This document shows, one piece after another, positions 42,031 through 59,480 of a stretch of DNA of 64,000 nt (its first letter is position 1; each line of letters begins with the position of its first letter). The position numbers and the translations under genes were made by a program. Below the pieces are notes generated by a model. It was not told the DNA's origin. It made no database searches and saw only the letters and a program-made list of their open reading frames with translations. Origin of the DNA: the human T2T-CHM13v2.0 reference genome, Homo sapiens. The stretch is taken from NCBI RefSeq assembly GCF_009914755.1, contig NC_060948.1. One strand, 5' to 3'.

Positions 42031-43414
42031 CCAAATAAACAAGTGGCAACATTCTTCTTGAATGACTATTTGATCACAGAAAACTTAGTTCCTGCCAGGT
42101 CATGATCTCTATTAGTAGCACAGCAACTTATTTGAAAGTAGATGGAAACATTTCAGATTACATTTTTATTTACTTTTCTCTTATATAGGCTGCTTCCTTG
42201 CCCTCTTTAGGGTTCCCTAATAAAATCAACTTAGAGGGACACTTAGAGGGAAAAACATAAGTGTATGAACACTTAGAGGGAAAACATAAAACAATTTGCC
42301 TTCACAATATTCTACAAATAACTATTGTAAGTTGTTTTCTTAAATACCTATTCAACTGGCTGTGAAGACTTACTTGCTAAGGGAGTTGACAGAGATAGTT
42401 CTGATGAGAAAACGTGGTCTGAAAGGTAAGCTGTGCAGCCTAAGGGAGTTACTTCAAAAGGCCACTTTCCTGACAAAGATCAAATCTTTTTTTCTATCGT
42501 CAGATTTTTAAAATTATAGAACATGCCTTACTTTTATATGTAAACCATAAACATCAGTAAAGAAGTGATTTATTCCATCTTCTTGCCTTATGCCATGAAG
42601 CATAATAAGTCTCATATGTGACATAATTAAGGCAACATTTTTCTTAGAAATAAAAAAAAGCAACAAGTTCATTGACACAATATTCCTCAAATTAGTCACC
42701 GGCCATGTATTTGGGATGGAAGATTTGAATGCATTAATTGGGTTTAAAATTAGCTTACTTTTACCAGAAAGAGAACATAAGCATTCTAAGTGAAAAAATA
42801 ACTACAAGATAAAGTAGCATCACCCTTGATATTTTTCAGATAAACTTTTTGGTGGGTGTGAGACTTAGTTTTAAAATTAGCTGTTCAACAAAATATTTTC
42901 TCCCCTAACAAAACAAAAGTAGTCCCATGAATGGAAACTTTTACATTCATACAAATTGTGAAGCATACAATCTCAGAGCCTGACATCTGTATTCCATCTT
43001 CTTCTAGTTCGTGAACCTGAACTTTAGTTAATTATCTTTACTAAAAAGGTAAAGTTATGTCCTGCAGTAATGAATGCTGACACAAACCACTTGCTGGAGT
43101 TGCCCCCACTTTTCAAGAACATGTTGTTCAAAAGCCACATGTTCTCTTCTGTGAGGTCCAGAGCAGCATGAGCTATGAGCTGGTGCAGATGACGATAGTC
43201 ATAAGTGACTGTGTGCGCAACAACAGATTAACTTACCCACATGGAATGAAGAATGCCAACATTTCATTCTGTAAATTCTATAGACGGTTTTCTTGTGCAG
43301 AAAAAGAAAAGCTTGACTTTGCTTTGTTTGCTATTGTCAAGAGACATACAAGAGATCTGTTTTCTCATTATATGTAATTCTTTCTTTTAAAATACAGATT
43401 TAAAATGACACCTC

Positions 43415-43846
43415 AGTTATGGGTTGAAGCGTATTCTCTCCAAAATTCCTTTGTTGATGTCCCAAGTGAACAGTACCACAGAATGTGTCTTCATTTGGAA
43501 GGAGAGGTTACATGTAGACATGGTTATTTCACATGAGGTCATTTTATAATAGGGTGGGCCCCTAATAAAACCACTCATGTATTTAGAAAAAAGGATCTTT
43601 TGGAGATACATGCAGGGAGAGAAATGACACAGGGACGCTGGAGTTACACTGCTGCAAGCCAGGGAACTTCCAGAAGCTGGGAGGTTAACCAAAAAGATTC
43701 TTACCTTAAGACCTGCATAAGAAGCATGGCACCACTGACACCTTGATTTTAGACAGTGGCTCTCAGAAATGAGGCAATAAATTTCTGCTGTCCAAAGCCA
43801 CTAAATTTTTGGTACTTTATTACAACAGCCACAGGAAACAGAGACA
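43415..43846 (+). mobile_element. MaLR solo LTR (MLT1B/C-like)
   Basis: gttatgggttgaa...caataaatttctgctgtccaaagccac...gagaca; 5-bp TSD acctc/gcctc. Confidence 0.8.
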
Positions 43847-45137
43847 GCCTCCTTGTTGAGGAAGCTGTTCCCAATCCTGGGCTGGAGGAGGGTGACCCAT
43901 TGTCCCAAAATGTCTCCGACATCTAAAGCATGCTTTACTTCACTCATGTTGTCACGACAAACCTAAGTGAATCTTTAGATAAATGGATGCTTTTGTGTCT
44001 CAATCAAGCAGTAGTTTCTTTTACAATGATGATCAATCCTGAAAGATTAGGAGCAAATTGTGAAAATGCCTTAACAAGGGAATGGTAGCAGGAGAAAGAA
44101 TTATAATCAATGCATGCAACAAATTATTTTTATGTGTTCTCTTTTGTCCACCACCAGGCCAGTGGAGTGCACAGAAACTATATTCATGTAGCTGCATCCC
44201 AGAAAGCAATACTGCTACAAGTACTCAAAACAATTTTTAATTAGTATTTTTCCCATAATATGAGAAAATAATGTCACAACAACACCTGGCACATAATCCT
44301 GTCTATCATATTTTGGTGAGAAGTCCTGAATAGTTGAAAAGTATCACACATTAAACATTATACATTGCAAGCAACTTACAATATGAATTCCTCAAAAGTC
44401 AGTAAAGCTGACTTGGGTACTTGAGAGAAATAGTGCAAATGTGCCAGGAATGTATTAGGAACATAAATTGGAAAGGACGGGGCTCTTTTCATGACAAAAA
44501 TCTATAGGGCTATTTACTCTGAATGACAACATGTTCTCAAGCCAAGCCTGGTTTCTGGAAATATTCTTGACAAGAAAGTCAGGTGTCATCATCTCTGGTG
44601 TTGCTTTTGAGCTTCCTGTGCATGGCTAAGTGGTCACTGGGGAGGAAAGCATGCATGTATGACCAGCCAGGAAGTGCCACTAGGGGTCACTGGGGTCTTT
44701 TTAAATCCTGTAGGTCCTCATCAAAAACATGATTCACGGAAACTGTCTGAATTTTAATGGATGAAACCCAGTAGGTCTTGATGAAAAATGTGATTCATGA
44801 AAACTGCCTGAAAACTCATAGATGACATTTCAAGGCTGCAACTTGCTACAGGTGAACTAGGCTTTTAAGTGCTCAAGTAGCAGCAATTCATGGTAGATGA
44901 CATAGTGAACTGAATATCATAGGCAAGTCAGAAGTCATGCTAGTCTGTGCTGAATTAAAGTATAAAAGAACAACTCCCAGGATATTCCTTGGCTGGCTTC
45001 TATCAGTCTCTGGGACTCCAGAGGAAGCCTCATTTAATTGTGTTGGATTTCATTAACCTCTTCTGTCCTGATCCTCCACTTCTAAAATCACACTACACTG
45101 TATTGTTACAATATAATAAAAATTCTTATGAAATTTA

Positions 45138-45299
<162 letters not shown>

Positions 45300-46003
45300 T
45301 CAATATTGAAATTCAAAGATGACTAAGGGAAGTGTAAAATTCTTGTTTTGTTTTGCTTTCTAACTTAAACTTGGAAGATGCCAGTAAGCTTGTCACCATT
45401 TCCCGTGTACTAGTGAAGATGCATGACTTCCGGAATAAACAAATGATAAAACTGTGATATTTCTTGTAGAATACTATGTATTTCTGTTAGAAACTAGAAG
45501 ACCTCTAACATAAAATCACAGATAACATTCTCATGATCTGCAAGTATGGCACATTCAGCTCAAAGGACCCTGAGTGTCTGGTGGAGTAATCTAGGCTTCA
45601 CTTGGTCTGGAGCAGTTAGCGCCAGCACTGACACTTAGAAGATTTAACAGAGGTAGACAGTAAGTTAAGAACCATAGACAGTGGTGAGAAGACCAAGGAA
45701 TTAATTAGCTTGCCTTAGAAATGTACATAAGATATCCATTGGGGGAAGCTAAAACCAAGTCTCCCTCATGTCACTTAGAAAAGAGAAGCAATGCAGCACT
45801 TTGTGCTCTATTTTTCTTCTTTCTACCTGAAGTATGTGTGCTATAAATATACGTCCTTGCAAATAAAAGAGACTACGATATGCCTCTTGACACAACAATT
45901 TATAAGAAAGGAAGTTTTGTATGCTATAAGACATGAAAGAAATATTCCATAAAGGAAGACATTTTGAGTTACTGAGAGATCTTACAACGAAGTTTAACAG
46001 ATT

Positions 46004-46320
46004 GGGGCAGGTGTAATGGCTTATGCCTGCAATGCCAGCACTTTAGAGGGCTGAGGCAGGCAGCCTGCTTCAGCCCGGGAGTTTGAGACCAGCCAAGGCA
46101 AACAGCATGGAAGAAGAAATACTTCTCTACAAAAAATACATCTCTACGGAAACACTAAAACTTTCTGGGCGTGGTGGTGTGTGCCTGTAGTTTCAGCTAC
46201 TTTGGAGGCTGACAGGAGAGAATTACCTGACACAGCAGTAAGCTGAAATATCCTGACTCGAAAACAAAACAGAACAAAACAAAACAAAACAACAACAACA
46301 ACAAAAAACAACAAAAAACT
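46004..46320 (+). mobile_element. Alu (AluJ-like, partially deleted) with (AAAAC)n tail
   Basis: gcttatgcctgcaatgccagcactttagagggctgaggcagg. Confidence 0.8.
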
Positions 46321-46744
46321 TCAACAGATTCACAAAAGAAATGAACCTATGAGAAACTGGGGAAAAAACATGAGCAATGACATGGCTTCTGGCACAGATA
46401 ATTAAAATACAGATGAATGACTGATGGGTGGGAGCATAGATGGATATATGCAATGGTAACCCCACTGTGTGTGTTTTTAACACAAGGGATTTGAAATCAA
46501 ACGAAGCTAGGTTCCATCTAACTCTGCTACATACTTGCAATGTGACCAGAGGGAAACTTAATCTACTGTTGGTCGTCTCCTTTATATGGTAATTTTGTAT
46601 CACTTCATGGTAAAGTACCCAGCACAATGTCTGACGCACAGGACGTGCTTAATTAATATTATATAGAATAACATGGAAAGGCCAAATGCACACTGAGATG
46701 TGGGGGATTATAGCCTTGTCCACTTTCTCACTACCGTCTAAGCT

Positions 46745-46850
46745 GCTCTCACCCTTCAGTGGCAGAGTTAAGTATCTGCAACCAGGGTATCCCACAGAGC
46801 CAACAATATTCACTATCTGGTCTTCCAAAGACAACCTTTACTCCTGCTTT
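46745..46850. mobile_element. MER58-like DNA transposon fragment
   Basis: tggcagagttaagtatctgcaacc...caatattcactatctggtc. Confidence 0.5.
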
Positions 46851-47574
46851 AGAAAAGAGGTGAAAAACAGATGAGATAGGAAAATTGGGTAACAAAGACA
46901 AGCAGGAATGATACAAAAGCCATGAAAACTGGCAATGATTCTCCAGAGAATGTGATGTGAGAAAGGATGGGCAGTAGAAAATTCAACAAAGTAAACAATG
47001 GTATCATGAATTATTGCTGGGCTAAATTTTAGAGCCAAAAGAAGCGGTTGTTACTTTCTTTAGTACAAACATTGAAGCAGCAGCAGCACCAAAAAAAGGC
47101 GGGGGCGGGAAATGTGTGTGTGTGATTTGGTGTGTGTGGTCTGCGTGTGGGTGTGTCAGTGTGTGTGTAAGGGAGATAACATGCATCCAATCCCCATATG
47201 AAAAGCCACAAATGTTAGAGCAGCATGGTGCTAACTCAGCAGGAGCACGGACAGAAGAGAACGCAAAGAAAAACTGCATGAGGGTGCTGTTACCAACTAC
47301 ACAGGTGGGCAGAAGACAAGACAGAGTTTACTTTATATACATTCCATGCTTATTGTGAGTTGCTAATTTTGTTTTCCTTTTGTAAACAGCTGAAGATGCA
47401 AGAAGGCTGTAATTTTTCATTCAATTTTGGCAAAGAAAACCTGACAGGTGAAGTGGAAGAATTGGAAACCCTGGGAGAAAATGGCCCCATTGCCCCAGGA
47501 AGGGAAGGTAAGAGCTGCAATCACTTAGCAAACACTTGAGGGTATTGGGCAAAGGTGAGACACACATTACTATT

Positions 47575-47747
47575 CTGCACTGTCCAATCTGTGGAACTTT
47601 CTCCACGGATGCAAATGTTTTACCTCTCTGCTGTCCAATATGAAAGCCAGTGAGTATTAGAAATATGGCTACTGTAATTATAGAATTGATTTTTAATTAA
47701 ACAAGAATAGCCTCATGTGGGTGGTGGCTATGTAATAGACAGCACAG
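47575..47747. mobile_element. MER3-like hAT DNA transposon
   Basis: Terminal inverted repeats ctgcactgtccaat / aatagacagcacag; internal gaactttctccacggatgcaaatgtt. Confidence 0.65.
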
Positions 47748-47769
47748 GTCTAGATCAAAGATTCCAAGC

Positions 47770-48059
47770 CAGTGGCATGATCTTGGCTCACTGCAAACTC
47801 CACCTCCCAGGTTCAGAAGATTTTCCTGCCTCAGCCTCCCGAGCAGCTGGCATTAAGGGTATGCACCATTATGCCAGGGTAAATTTTGTAATTTTAGTAG
47901 AGATAGGGTTTTGCCATATTGCCCAAGCTGGTCTTGAACTCCTGGCCTCAAGTGATCAGCAGACCTCAGCACTGCTGAGATTAGAGTCAGGAGATTGTAA
48001 AGTGCTGAGATTAGAGTCCCCAAAGTGCTGAGATTAGTCATGAGCCACCATGCCCAGCC
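47770..48059 (-). mobile_element. Alu with an internal triplicated tgctgagattag segment
   Basis: Alu body; three copies of tgctgagattag at ~47973-48037. Confidence 0.85.
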
Positions 48060-48369
48060 TAATTTCAACTTTTTTATACAAAATTTCTGTGACATCCTCC
48101 ACCTTCCCTTCACCAACAAAACAAGTATTATTTACTATTCCAATATATAATGCAAATAAAGCAACTGGCATGACTGACATACCTGAATTGGCATGAATGG
48201 TCTGCTTGATTATTCCATTGCTTTAAATAGGGACCTTTGAAGAATCTCCAAGGAAAACTTGTCCTAGAGGCCCTGAGGAGGTAGCTACATAGACTCAGAC
48301 AATAGATTAAATTGGGAAACTGAGGACAAGAGGAGAATCTAGGATAGTTTCCAAATGTCTAGCTGAGGG

Positions 48370-48845
48370 GACAAAACAGAATATGACGTCATCTAAGATG
48401 CCCTCATCCAAATCTCTAAAACTTGTGAGTATGTGAGGGCTCATGGCAAAAAGAAATTACGGTTGTTCAGCAGCTGACCTTAAGATAGGAAGATTGCCCA
48501 GGATCATCCAGCTTGATCAATGCCATTACAATGGCCTTAAATGTAGACGATGGAAGCAAAAGAGGAAAGTCAGGGGGAAGTGACAGAAGAATGGAAAAGC
48601 AATGTGATGTAGATGGCTTAGAAAATGGAAGAAGGGGCTATAGCTAAGGAATGCAGGAGGCCCCTAGAAGCTAGAAAGTACAAGGAAGCAAATTATCCTC
48701 TAGAGCCTCCAAGAGGAGCACAGTTCTGCGCACACTTCGATCTTAGCCAAACAAGACCTGTATTGGACTCCTATATTACAGAAGTGTAAGATGATACACT
48801 TGTATTAAGCCACTAAATTTAAAATAATTTATTACGATGGCTATT
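48370..48845 (+). mobile_element. MaLR LTR (MLT1D-like)
   Basis: gatgccctcatccaaatctctaaaacttgtgagtatg...cctctagagcctcc...taagccactaaattt. Confidence 0.75.
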
Positions 48846-48867
48846 GTTCCACCTCTGCTAGAGTTTT

Positions 48868-52395
<3,528 letters not shown>

Positions 52396-53162
52396 CACCT
52401 CTGCTAGAGTTTTGTCATTTACTTTTTATCCCCCCAAATCCACGTTGACTGTATCCACTTCAGAACTACTATTATTTCTGTCCTCATGCCTAGAATGTTC
52501 TCCCTGATTCTGCCTGCAACCGCTACCTATTTTTAAAAATCCAACTAAGTTCTCCCCCTCCTCGATTATTTCCCACAAAAACCTACACGTTCTCCACATC
52601 CTAAGAAGTCCTGTCACTCATATTGCCTCTTGAAGTGTTCGTTTTTCACAGCCAGTGATCAAAACTCATTGTGCACTTCCTCAATGCTGTGTACAAAGCT
52701 GACACTGATCAAATTTTGTCCTCACAGGACTTGGATACTTTATCAGGCTTATTTTCCCAACCTACAACTCTGGACTCGGGTAGATTCCTCACTGCTCCCA
52801 AGAAGGTCCTGGATTTTTGTTTGTTTGTTTGTTTGTTTTTATTCCTTTGCTCACTTTTCCCCTCCCTGCAGTGCTCTTCTTTTAGCCCCCCCACCTAAAT
52901 CCTATGCATCAAAGCCCTGAGGAGTTTACACTTTTTCTCAGAGATGATCTGGATCACTTCCATCTTCAACCACCTCTCCTTTAAACTCTTTACTCAGTTT
53001 ATAATATTACCTTAGCTCTTGTTCAATTCTCTGGCCGTAACTTTTTCATTATTGCTTCTGAGAGGTTTGGCTCATTTTCTTTTTAGTTACATGTAAGCAT
53101 TATGAGGTCAGTCTCACCTTTCCTCACAACACACAACGGTGGCTATTAAAAAAACATTTCAC

Positions 53163-53372
53163 TCTGTGGATCTCAACCCTGAGCCATCTTGCTTCCAAGA
53201 GGACATCTGGCAATGTCTGGAGACATTTATGGTTGTCTCGCTTGGGGGAGAAGGTGCTATGGACAACATAGAGACCGAGGATACAGCTAAATCTACAATG
53301 CACAGGACAGCCTCCCAAAACAAAGAATCTGCTGGCTCCAAAAGGCAAAAGTGGCTCTATTATGAAACCCTG
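53163..53372. mobile_element. MER20 DNA transposon
   Basis: ggacatctggcaatgtctggagacattt...tacaatgcacaggacagcctccc. Confidence 0.8.
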
Positions 53373-53599
53373 AGTCAGCTGAATGACCCTGTTAACTGTG
53401 AAAGCAAAGCCCCCAAGAGAGCAGACACTCGCAGGTGGAAGTGTGCTCAGTGCATGGATGAGCCTGTTGGGGCGTGGCAGATCTGATCTGGCTACCCTAG
53501 GGAGGAGTGGAGGTACAGCACCAGCCTGTGCTGTCATGTAGGGCCAGCAATGTCCCACAGGGTCTCAAAATGCCTGTTTCGACTCACTCCATCCCCCTA

Positions 53600-54200
53600 C
53601 CTGCAGCCAGAGGTCAAGGAGGGAAAGGCATTCTCAGTCCCGCTGAGGAAACCTGCACTCCTGCGGCTTCAGCCCAGTTTGCGGGGGGCAGTTATTTGGA
53701 TACCCTGGATATGCTCTGGCGAGATGTGGGCGGAGCTTCTGTTGGGTGCTAGGCAACCAAGTGCATGCCATGTATCTTCAGAACAGGAAGACTGTACTTT
53801 GTAGGTCTCCAGGAGGGGCAGGATGGGATATGAGGGCTGTAATCTCGCGGTCCTGCCTCATTACTTTTCATCCCTAGTGTTTGAGTCCCAGCCCTCCAGC
53901 CACCTTTGAGTTGTGCCTAGGTCACGGTCCTCGTCCATGCCTCAGAACGGCGAAGAGAGGAGGCTTGCATGTTTGATAGAAAACCTACTTGGGATTGTGA
54001 GAGTGAGAGTGTTCAGCACGCTTGTTCCTCACCTGGGACACAGGCAGGTTTTTGAGGACGGAGATTCCCCCTCATCTTGGACCTGCATCTGTCCTGTGCA
54101 CTCAACTCTGGCCATGGCGGGGCGAAGGAGGCGGCCTGGGAGGAAGCTGATGATGGGAGGAAGCTGGCGCCTACTGACTCAGGAATACACAACTGCCCCT
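53600..54200. promoter_or_regulatory. Decayed TRAPPC2/OFD1 bidirectional promoter (CpG-island remnant)
   Basis: GC-rich island between divergent first exons; GC box gggcggag at ~53728; residual CpGs amid many TG/CA dinucleotides. Confidence 0.65.
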
Positions 54201-55506
54201 CGTCGGGGACAGGTAGAAATGAAGTCTTGTTGATGTTCCATAATACCTCTTTCCCTGCTAGGCCACTCAGGGTGTCCCCAGAGACCAGTGATCTTTTTTC
54301 CTTCCTTCACCTTTCCTCTATCCCCCAGATAACCTGTAATCATTTTGTCTTCTAGTCCAACTTGCTCCTCATGTCTGACGTGTTGAGTCAAGATGAGCTG
54401 CGAGAAAAGCTACACCAAACGTTGAAGGATCGGGGTGTACTGGGCACACTCAAGTATCGGATTTAGGTTTATCTGTTCCATAACTTTTAAAAGTGTAACC
54501 TGTAACAAGTAGTTCACATTTAAATTCATCCAATGTTTGGGTTTCAAAACTCTACCCTGAAATATTACAGTCTCTTTGAATCCATTGAGAAAATGTTGCA
54601 TTTGAATCGACTTTAAGGAGACTGTTCAAATAATTAATTGAACCCACAATAAGATAGGAGCAGAAAGCATTTATATAATGAACATGTTTTAGTAAGATTA
54701 GGCCTGTTTTATAAATCTGGCTTACAGGTTGCTAAACTGACAAGTGGGTTTGTAATAAATTAGGATGAGGAACATTAACACCATATAGAAAACACTAATG
54801 TGCTGTTTTAATAGTCTGGGAATGAACAGCTTCATCTTTAAACTATATTGATATGCCTGACTATTTAATTTGAGCAGCAAATATCTGTAGGTATGCTTTA
54901 TGTTTGGATTAACAGCTAGGAATAACATTAACTCAACGTGTTTTCATTGCAATATGTATTTCAAAAGCATATTTTACATTCAAAATATTTAGATATATCT
55001 TGTATATATGTCCTTTTTAAATTTAAATTATATGGTGTGAGCATTTCTCTGTTTCCTTAAAAGTTTCTTGAAATCCTCATCTTTAGTGGTAACAGATTTA
55101 TCTTTGGAAATTTTTGTAACACACGAGCAGTCCCTTGCTGAATATTTTGGTTATATTTTCCAACAGTCCACAGAGGTGCGAAGAAATGGCAGAATTTTTT
55201 CTTATACTTCATAGCCCAAGCGTAAGCTACTGAAATGGGCTTCTAGGGAGTGAAGTGAAGAGTCTGCAAATGGGTCTGGCTAATCATCAGTTTCACTTGG
55301 AAGCTGAGGAAATAAACATTTTTCTACAACACACTGGCCTTCTTGTCTCAGGGCATAAGACTTCTGCAGGGGAAGGTTCCTAACTTCTGGCCATGGATCT
55401 AGCAACATTATGGAAATAAAAGGAAGTTTTCCAATGAATATAACACATCTGTGTATATCTCTACTGAGAAAATCCCACTGAAGTTTTTTTTTTTTAACTT
55501 GTCTGA

Positions 55507-55665
55507 CTTCCCTCCTTCCTTCCTTCTTTCCTTCCTTCTTTCTTTCCTTCCTTCTTTTCTTTCTTCCTTCCTTTCTTCCTTTCTCCTTTCCTCCCTTTCT
55601 CCCTCCCTCCCTTTATTTCTTCCTCCATTCTGTTTTTATTTTTTTCCTTTCTTTCTTCCTTCCTC
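55507..55665. repeat. CT-rich (TTCC/CTTT) low-complexity repeat immediately before an OFD1 pseudo-exon
   Basis: Seen directly. Confidence 0.9.
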
Positions 55666-56784
55666 CATGGCAAGACACAAATTCAAAACCAGCTAATCTA
55701 TGAGTAGATGCACCCTGAATTGAATGGAACATTGCAATCTCCGTTCATTTCAGTGCAAGGGAACTCCCTCTTACTAGCAGCCTCTAACTCTTCAGTGGCC
55801 GATCACTAACAAAGATGTGGCTATGAGTCTTCACTTTCTGTTTTCTTTCCAGAAATTGGTTTAGCAAAAGAAAATGTAATGAATTTCCTTTTCTGTTTTG
55901 AACTTTTTATTAACAGTTTTTTCTTGGCAGACTCTAACATGCTGCATTATAGCTAACTGCTTTTAAACTAGTTCTGTTTCTCATTCCTCTTTGAATTTAC
56001 ATCGTACCTGCACATAATACATTTGCTATATAACAAGTGGGTACTAAATTTGGAATTAATTTCTTGGTATCCCATTTAGTCTTTTGTAAAATTGTGATCT
56101 ACAATCTCTACAGCTTTAAGAGCTAAAACTGATTTATCTATTTTCCATGTTATTTAATAAGACTTTGCCAATCTGCTGAATGTTTGCTCTGAGCTTGGCA
56201 CTGCGATAAACACATGACAGATGTTTAGCGTGTTACAGATGAGGAACCAGACTGTGGAGAGGTGAATCAAGTAACTTAAGTGATGTAATTCTTAAAAATC
56301 TGTAAAGTTTCCTAATAATAAAGACACTCTCATTTTATTTCTTAGTACATTTCTAATTATTTGAACTATATTTCTCCACCATTATTGTTGAACAGTCATC
56401 CCAGTTTATTACTTTAAAGGTAGATGCAGCAAAGTTTCCCTGTGAATATGTGTGTGTGTTGTTGGCGGGGTGGTGTTTGTAGACTTTGTTTTTTAGAGCA
56501 GTTTTTAGTTCACAGCCAGGTAGATGGAGAAGTACAAAGAGTTCCTATACACCCAGTGCTCCTACACATGCACAGTCTTTCCCACTGTCAACATCTTTCA
56601 TCAAGGTGGTACATTTTCTGCAATTGATAAACCTACCTTGACATGTCATTATTCCCAGTCTATCGTTTACATTAAATTTCACTCTTGGTGGTGTGTGTAT
56701 ATCTTTATTTTCTTTATGTTGTCATAGTTATCTAAAGATTTCATATTCCAAATTTTAAGGACACAAGAAGCTTGGTATTGTAAT

Positions 56785-57465
56785 TATTTTCTTTGAGATG
56801 GAGTATCACTCTGTTGCTCAGGCTGGAGTGTAGTGGCATGATCTCGGGGTGCAAACTTTGCCTCCTGGGTTCAAGCAATTCTCCCACCTCAGCCGCTCAA
56901 GTAGCTGTAATTACAGGTGCTCACCCAAGTACCCAGCTAATTTTTGTATTTCTAGTAGAGGTGGGGTTTCACCATGTTGGCCAGGTTTGTCTTGAACTCC
57001 TGATCTCAAGTGATCCATTTGCCTCAGCCTCCAAAAGTGCAGGGATTACAAATGTGAGCCACAATGCCTGGGCTTAGTACAGTATTTGAATGAAAATTTT
57101 AAGCATGTTGAGTTTCCTCATAAGCAACCAAACTTTACTTATCGGTTTTATAAGTGTATTTATTTACCTATTTATTTTTTAGTAGTAGTGTCTCACTCTG
57201 TCACCAAGTCTGAAGGGCAGCGGTATAATCTCAGCTTACTGCAATAACTGTCTGCTGGGTTCAGGCAATTATACTACTGCAGCCTTTCAAGCGGCTGGGA
57301 GTACAGGCACACACCACCACATTCTGCTATTTTTTTTTTTTTTTTTTTTATAGATACTGGGTTTCTTATGGTGGGCAGTGTTGTTTTGAATTCTGAGCTC
57401 ATGTCATCTGCCCGCTTAGCATGCCCAAGTGCTGTAATTACAACTGTGAGTCATTGTGCCTTGTC
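56785..57465 (-). mobile_element. Two tandem Alus (56785-57073, 57170-57465)
   Basis: Two recognisable minus-strand Alu dimers. Confidence 0.88.
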
Positions 57466-59289
57466 TGGAATTCATCTTTGATATATCTTTCTCTAATTTC
57501 ATAATCACTCCATATTCTACTTATTGTGTAATTACCAGTTGTATAATTCTTATAACAGGAATTCATCCTGCTCAAACAACTTAATGGTTTCTCCTAATAG
57601 AAGATGCCAATGCTAAATGTTTTCTTTGAAGGAAATCCATTTGAAAACATATCAGTGTTCTCAGAGTAGACATAATTATTGATATATACTGTAGTAGAAA
57701 CAGATATAAATAGCTGCCCAAAATGTCTGTTTGAGAGTATTTTAAGTGCATTTTAATCATGATTGTAAAGACAGTGAAAATTCAGTTTATTTAAATTTTA
57801 AACACTACTTTCAAAAAAATGTAATTGAATGACATTTGACGTAAAATACTTAGAGGTTAATTACATGATCAAGAAAGATATTTTATTATTTTGACCTCAC
57901 TATGTTTTTGTAATGTATCTAACAGTGTAAGAAAGAGCTTCAATTTTGCTTTGTAATCTTATTTTTTTGAAGGATGTTTCTTAATCTCATATTCATAAAT
58001 ATATTATAATGTGTCATTTAAACACTGCTATAAGCATGTGTCTAAGTAGGAACTTTTAATTTTCTTAAGGTATTTACTATGCAGGATGGATTGCACTCAA
58101 TAAAAATCACCGTACTTCAGGTTTCTAGAAATCACCGGTAAGATTACTTAGTTTCTGTAATCTACTTTGGTTTGTTAATTATAGCTGAATAGCATTATAA
58201 AGGGAAAATATGTTTTTAATAGGTCTCAGGATTTGATAAAGAAAACCAAAAATGTAGGAGTCTACGTATTTGTAAAGTATAGCAAGGTTTTTCTATGTAG
58301 TTTTCCTTATAAAAGAATGGAGCAAATTTTGAGGGAGAAGTGTAAGACATTTCATTTCATTTAAATTACATGTTTTCCCTTGCTCACCACATCTTAGTTT
58401 GTAAACAATAGTTCACCTGTTCTGCAGGTCATTATTCCCATATTTTCACTTTTGTAATAACTTTATATAGTCAAATAAGAAAACTTCAGACAGTATCAAG
58501 AGTCCTGCAGACACACTAAGAGATACTGTTTGTAAACATATCCGCTGTTGGCAAAATTTCTAAAAAAAAAAAAACATTCAAAAACCTGCCTTTTAGGCCA
58601 GGTGTCTTTGTATACTAGGTATGCCTCTCAAATACAATTGATAGAGTATTAAATGTATTAATATGTCATTAATGAATAGAATATGTGTTTGGTAAAGTGT
58701 AATATAACTTTTGTTCTTAAATGTTTACGCAGACCTGATTAATTGCCTTAATTTTGGCCTTCATACAAAAGATTTATAAAGTTTGTAACTACTGTGGGTT
58801 TCACACCATTTGTTAGACTTGATAATGGGCTTTGTAGCATGAACATAAGCTGGCAACTTGCCTTTTAATGCTTAGTTATCCCTTAGGTCTTTTAAAATAA
58901 TCTGTGAATTAGTAATGGTCCTTTTGTGTTGTTACCCCCTTGGGATTTTGTCTGTTACATGCATTTCTATAATCCCCACAGAGACATTTATTCATTCATC
59001 CATTCATTCAGAACTTAATCATTTGAGTATATACTTTTGCCAGCCATTGGGGCTGTGTATTAATTTCCCAAGCTTCATTGTAATAATGTGAAGGAAGAAA
59101 GGAAGGCAGGAAAGAAGGAAGAAAGAAAGAAAATAAAAGAAACTGTGGTAGCAGTTCTCATAGTTCTCACACTGTGACACCACCTTTTAATTTTTATGTA
59201 GTGAGATTGATAAATATTTCTCCTTATTGCTTCCAGGTTTCATGTCATGCATGGGAAGGACTTTTTTCAGATTTACTCTTAAAAGCTAT

Positions 59290-59480
59290 AACCAGACAAA
59301 GAGGCTCATTCCTGTGATTCCAGCACCTTGGGAGGCCCAGGTAGGAGGATCACCTGAGGCCACGAGTTTGAGATCAGCTTGGGCAGGCAGCATAGGAAGA
59401 CCCTGTCTATACAAATAATAATATTAATAATAGTAATAATAATAATAATAAATAAATTAGCTCAGTGTGGTAGATGGTGG
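59290..59480 (+). mobile_element. Alu left arm with (TAA)n expansion, truncated at the start of the right arm
   Basis: ccagcaccttgggaggcccaggtaggaggatcacctgagg...(taa)n aattagctcagtgtgg. Confidence 0.8.
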
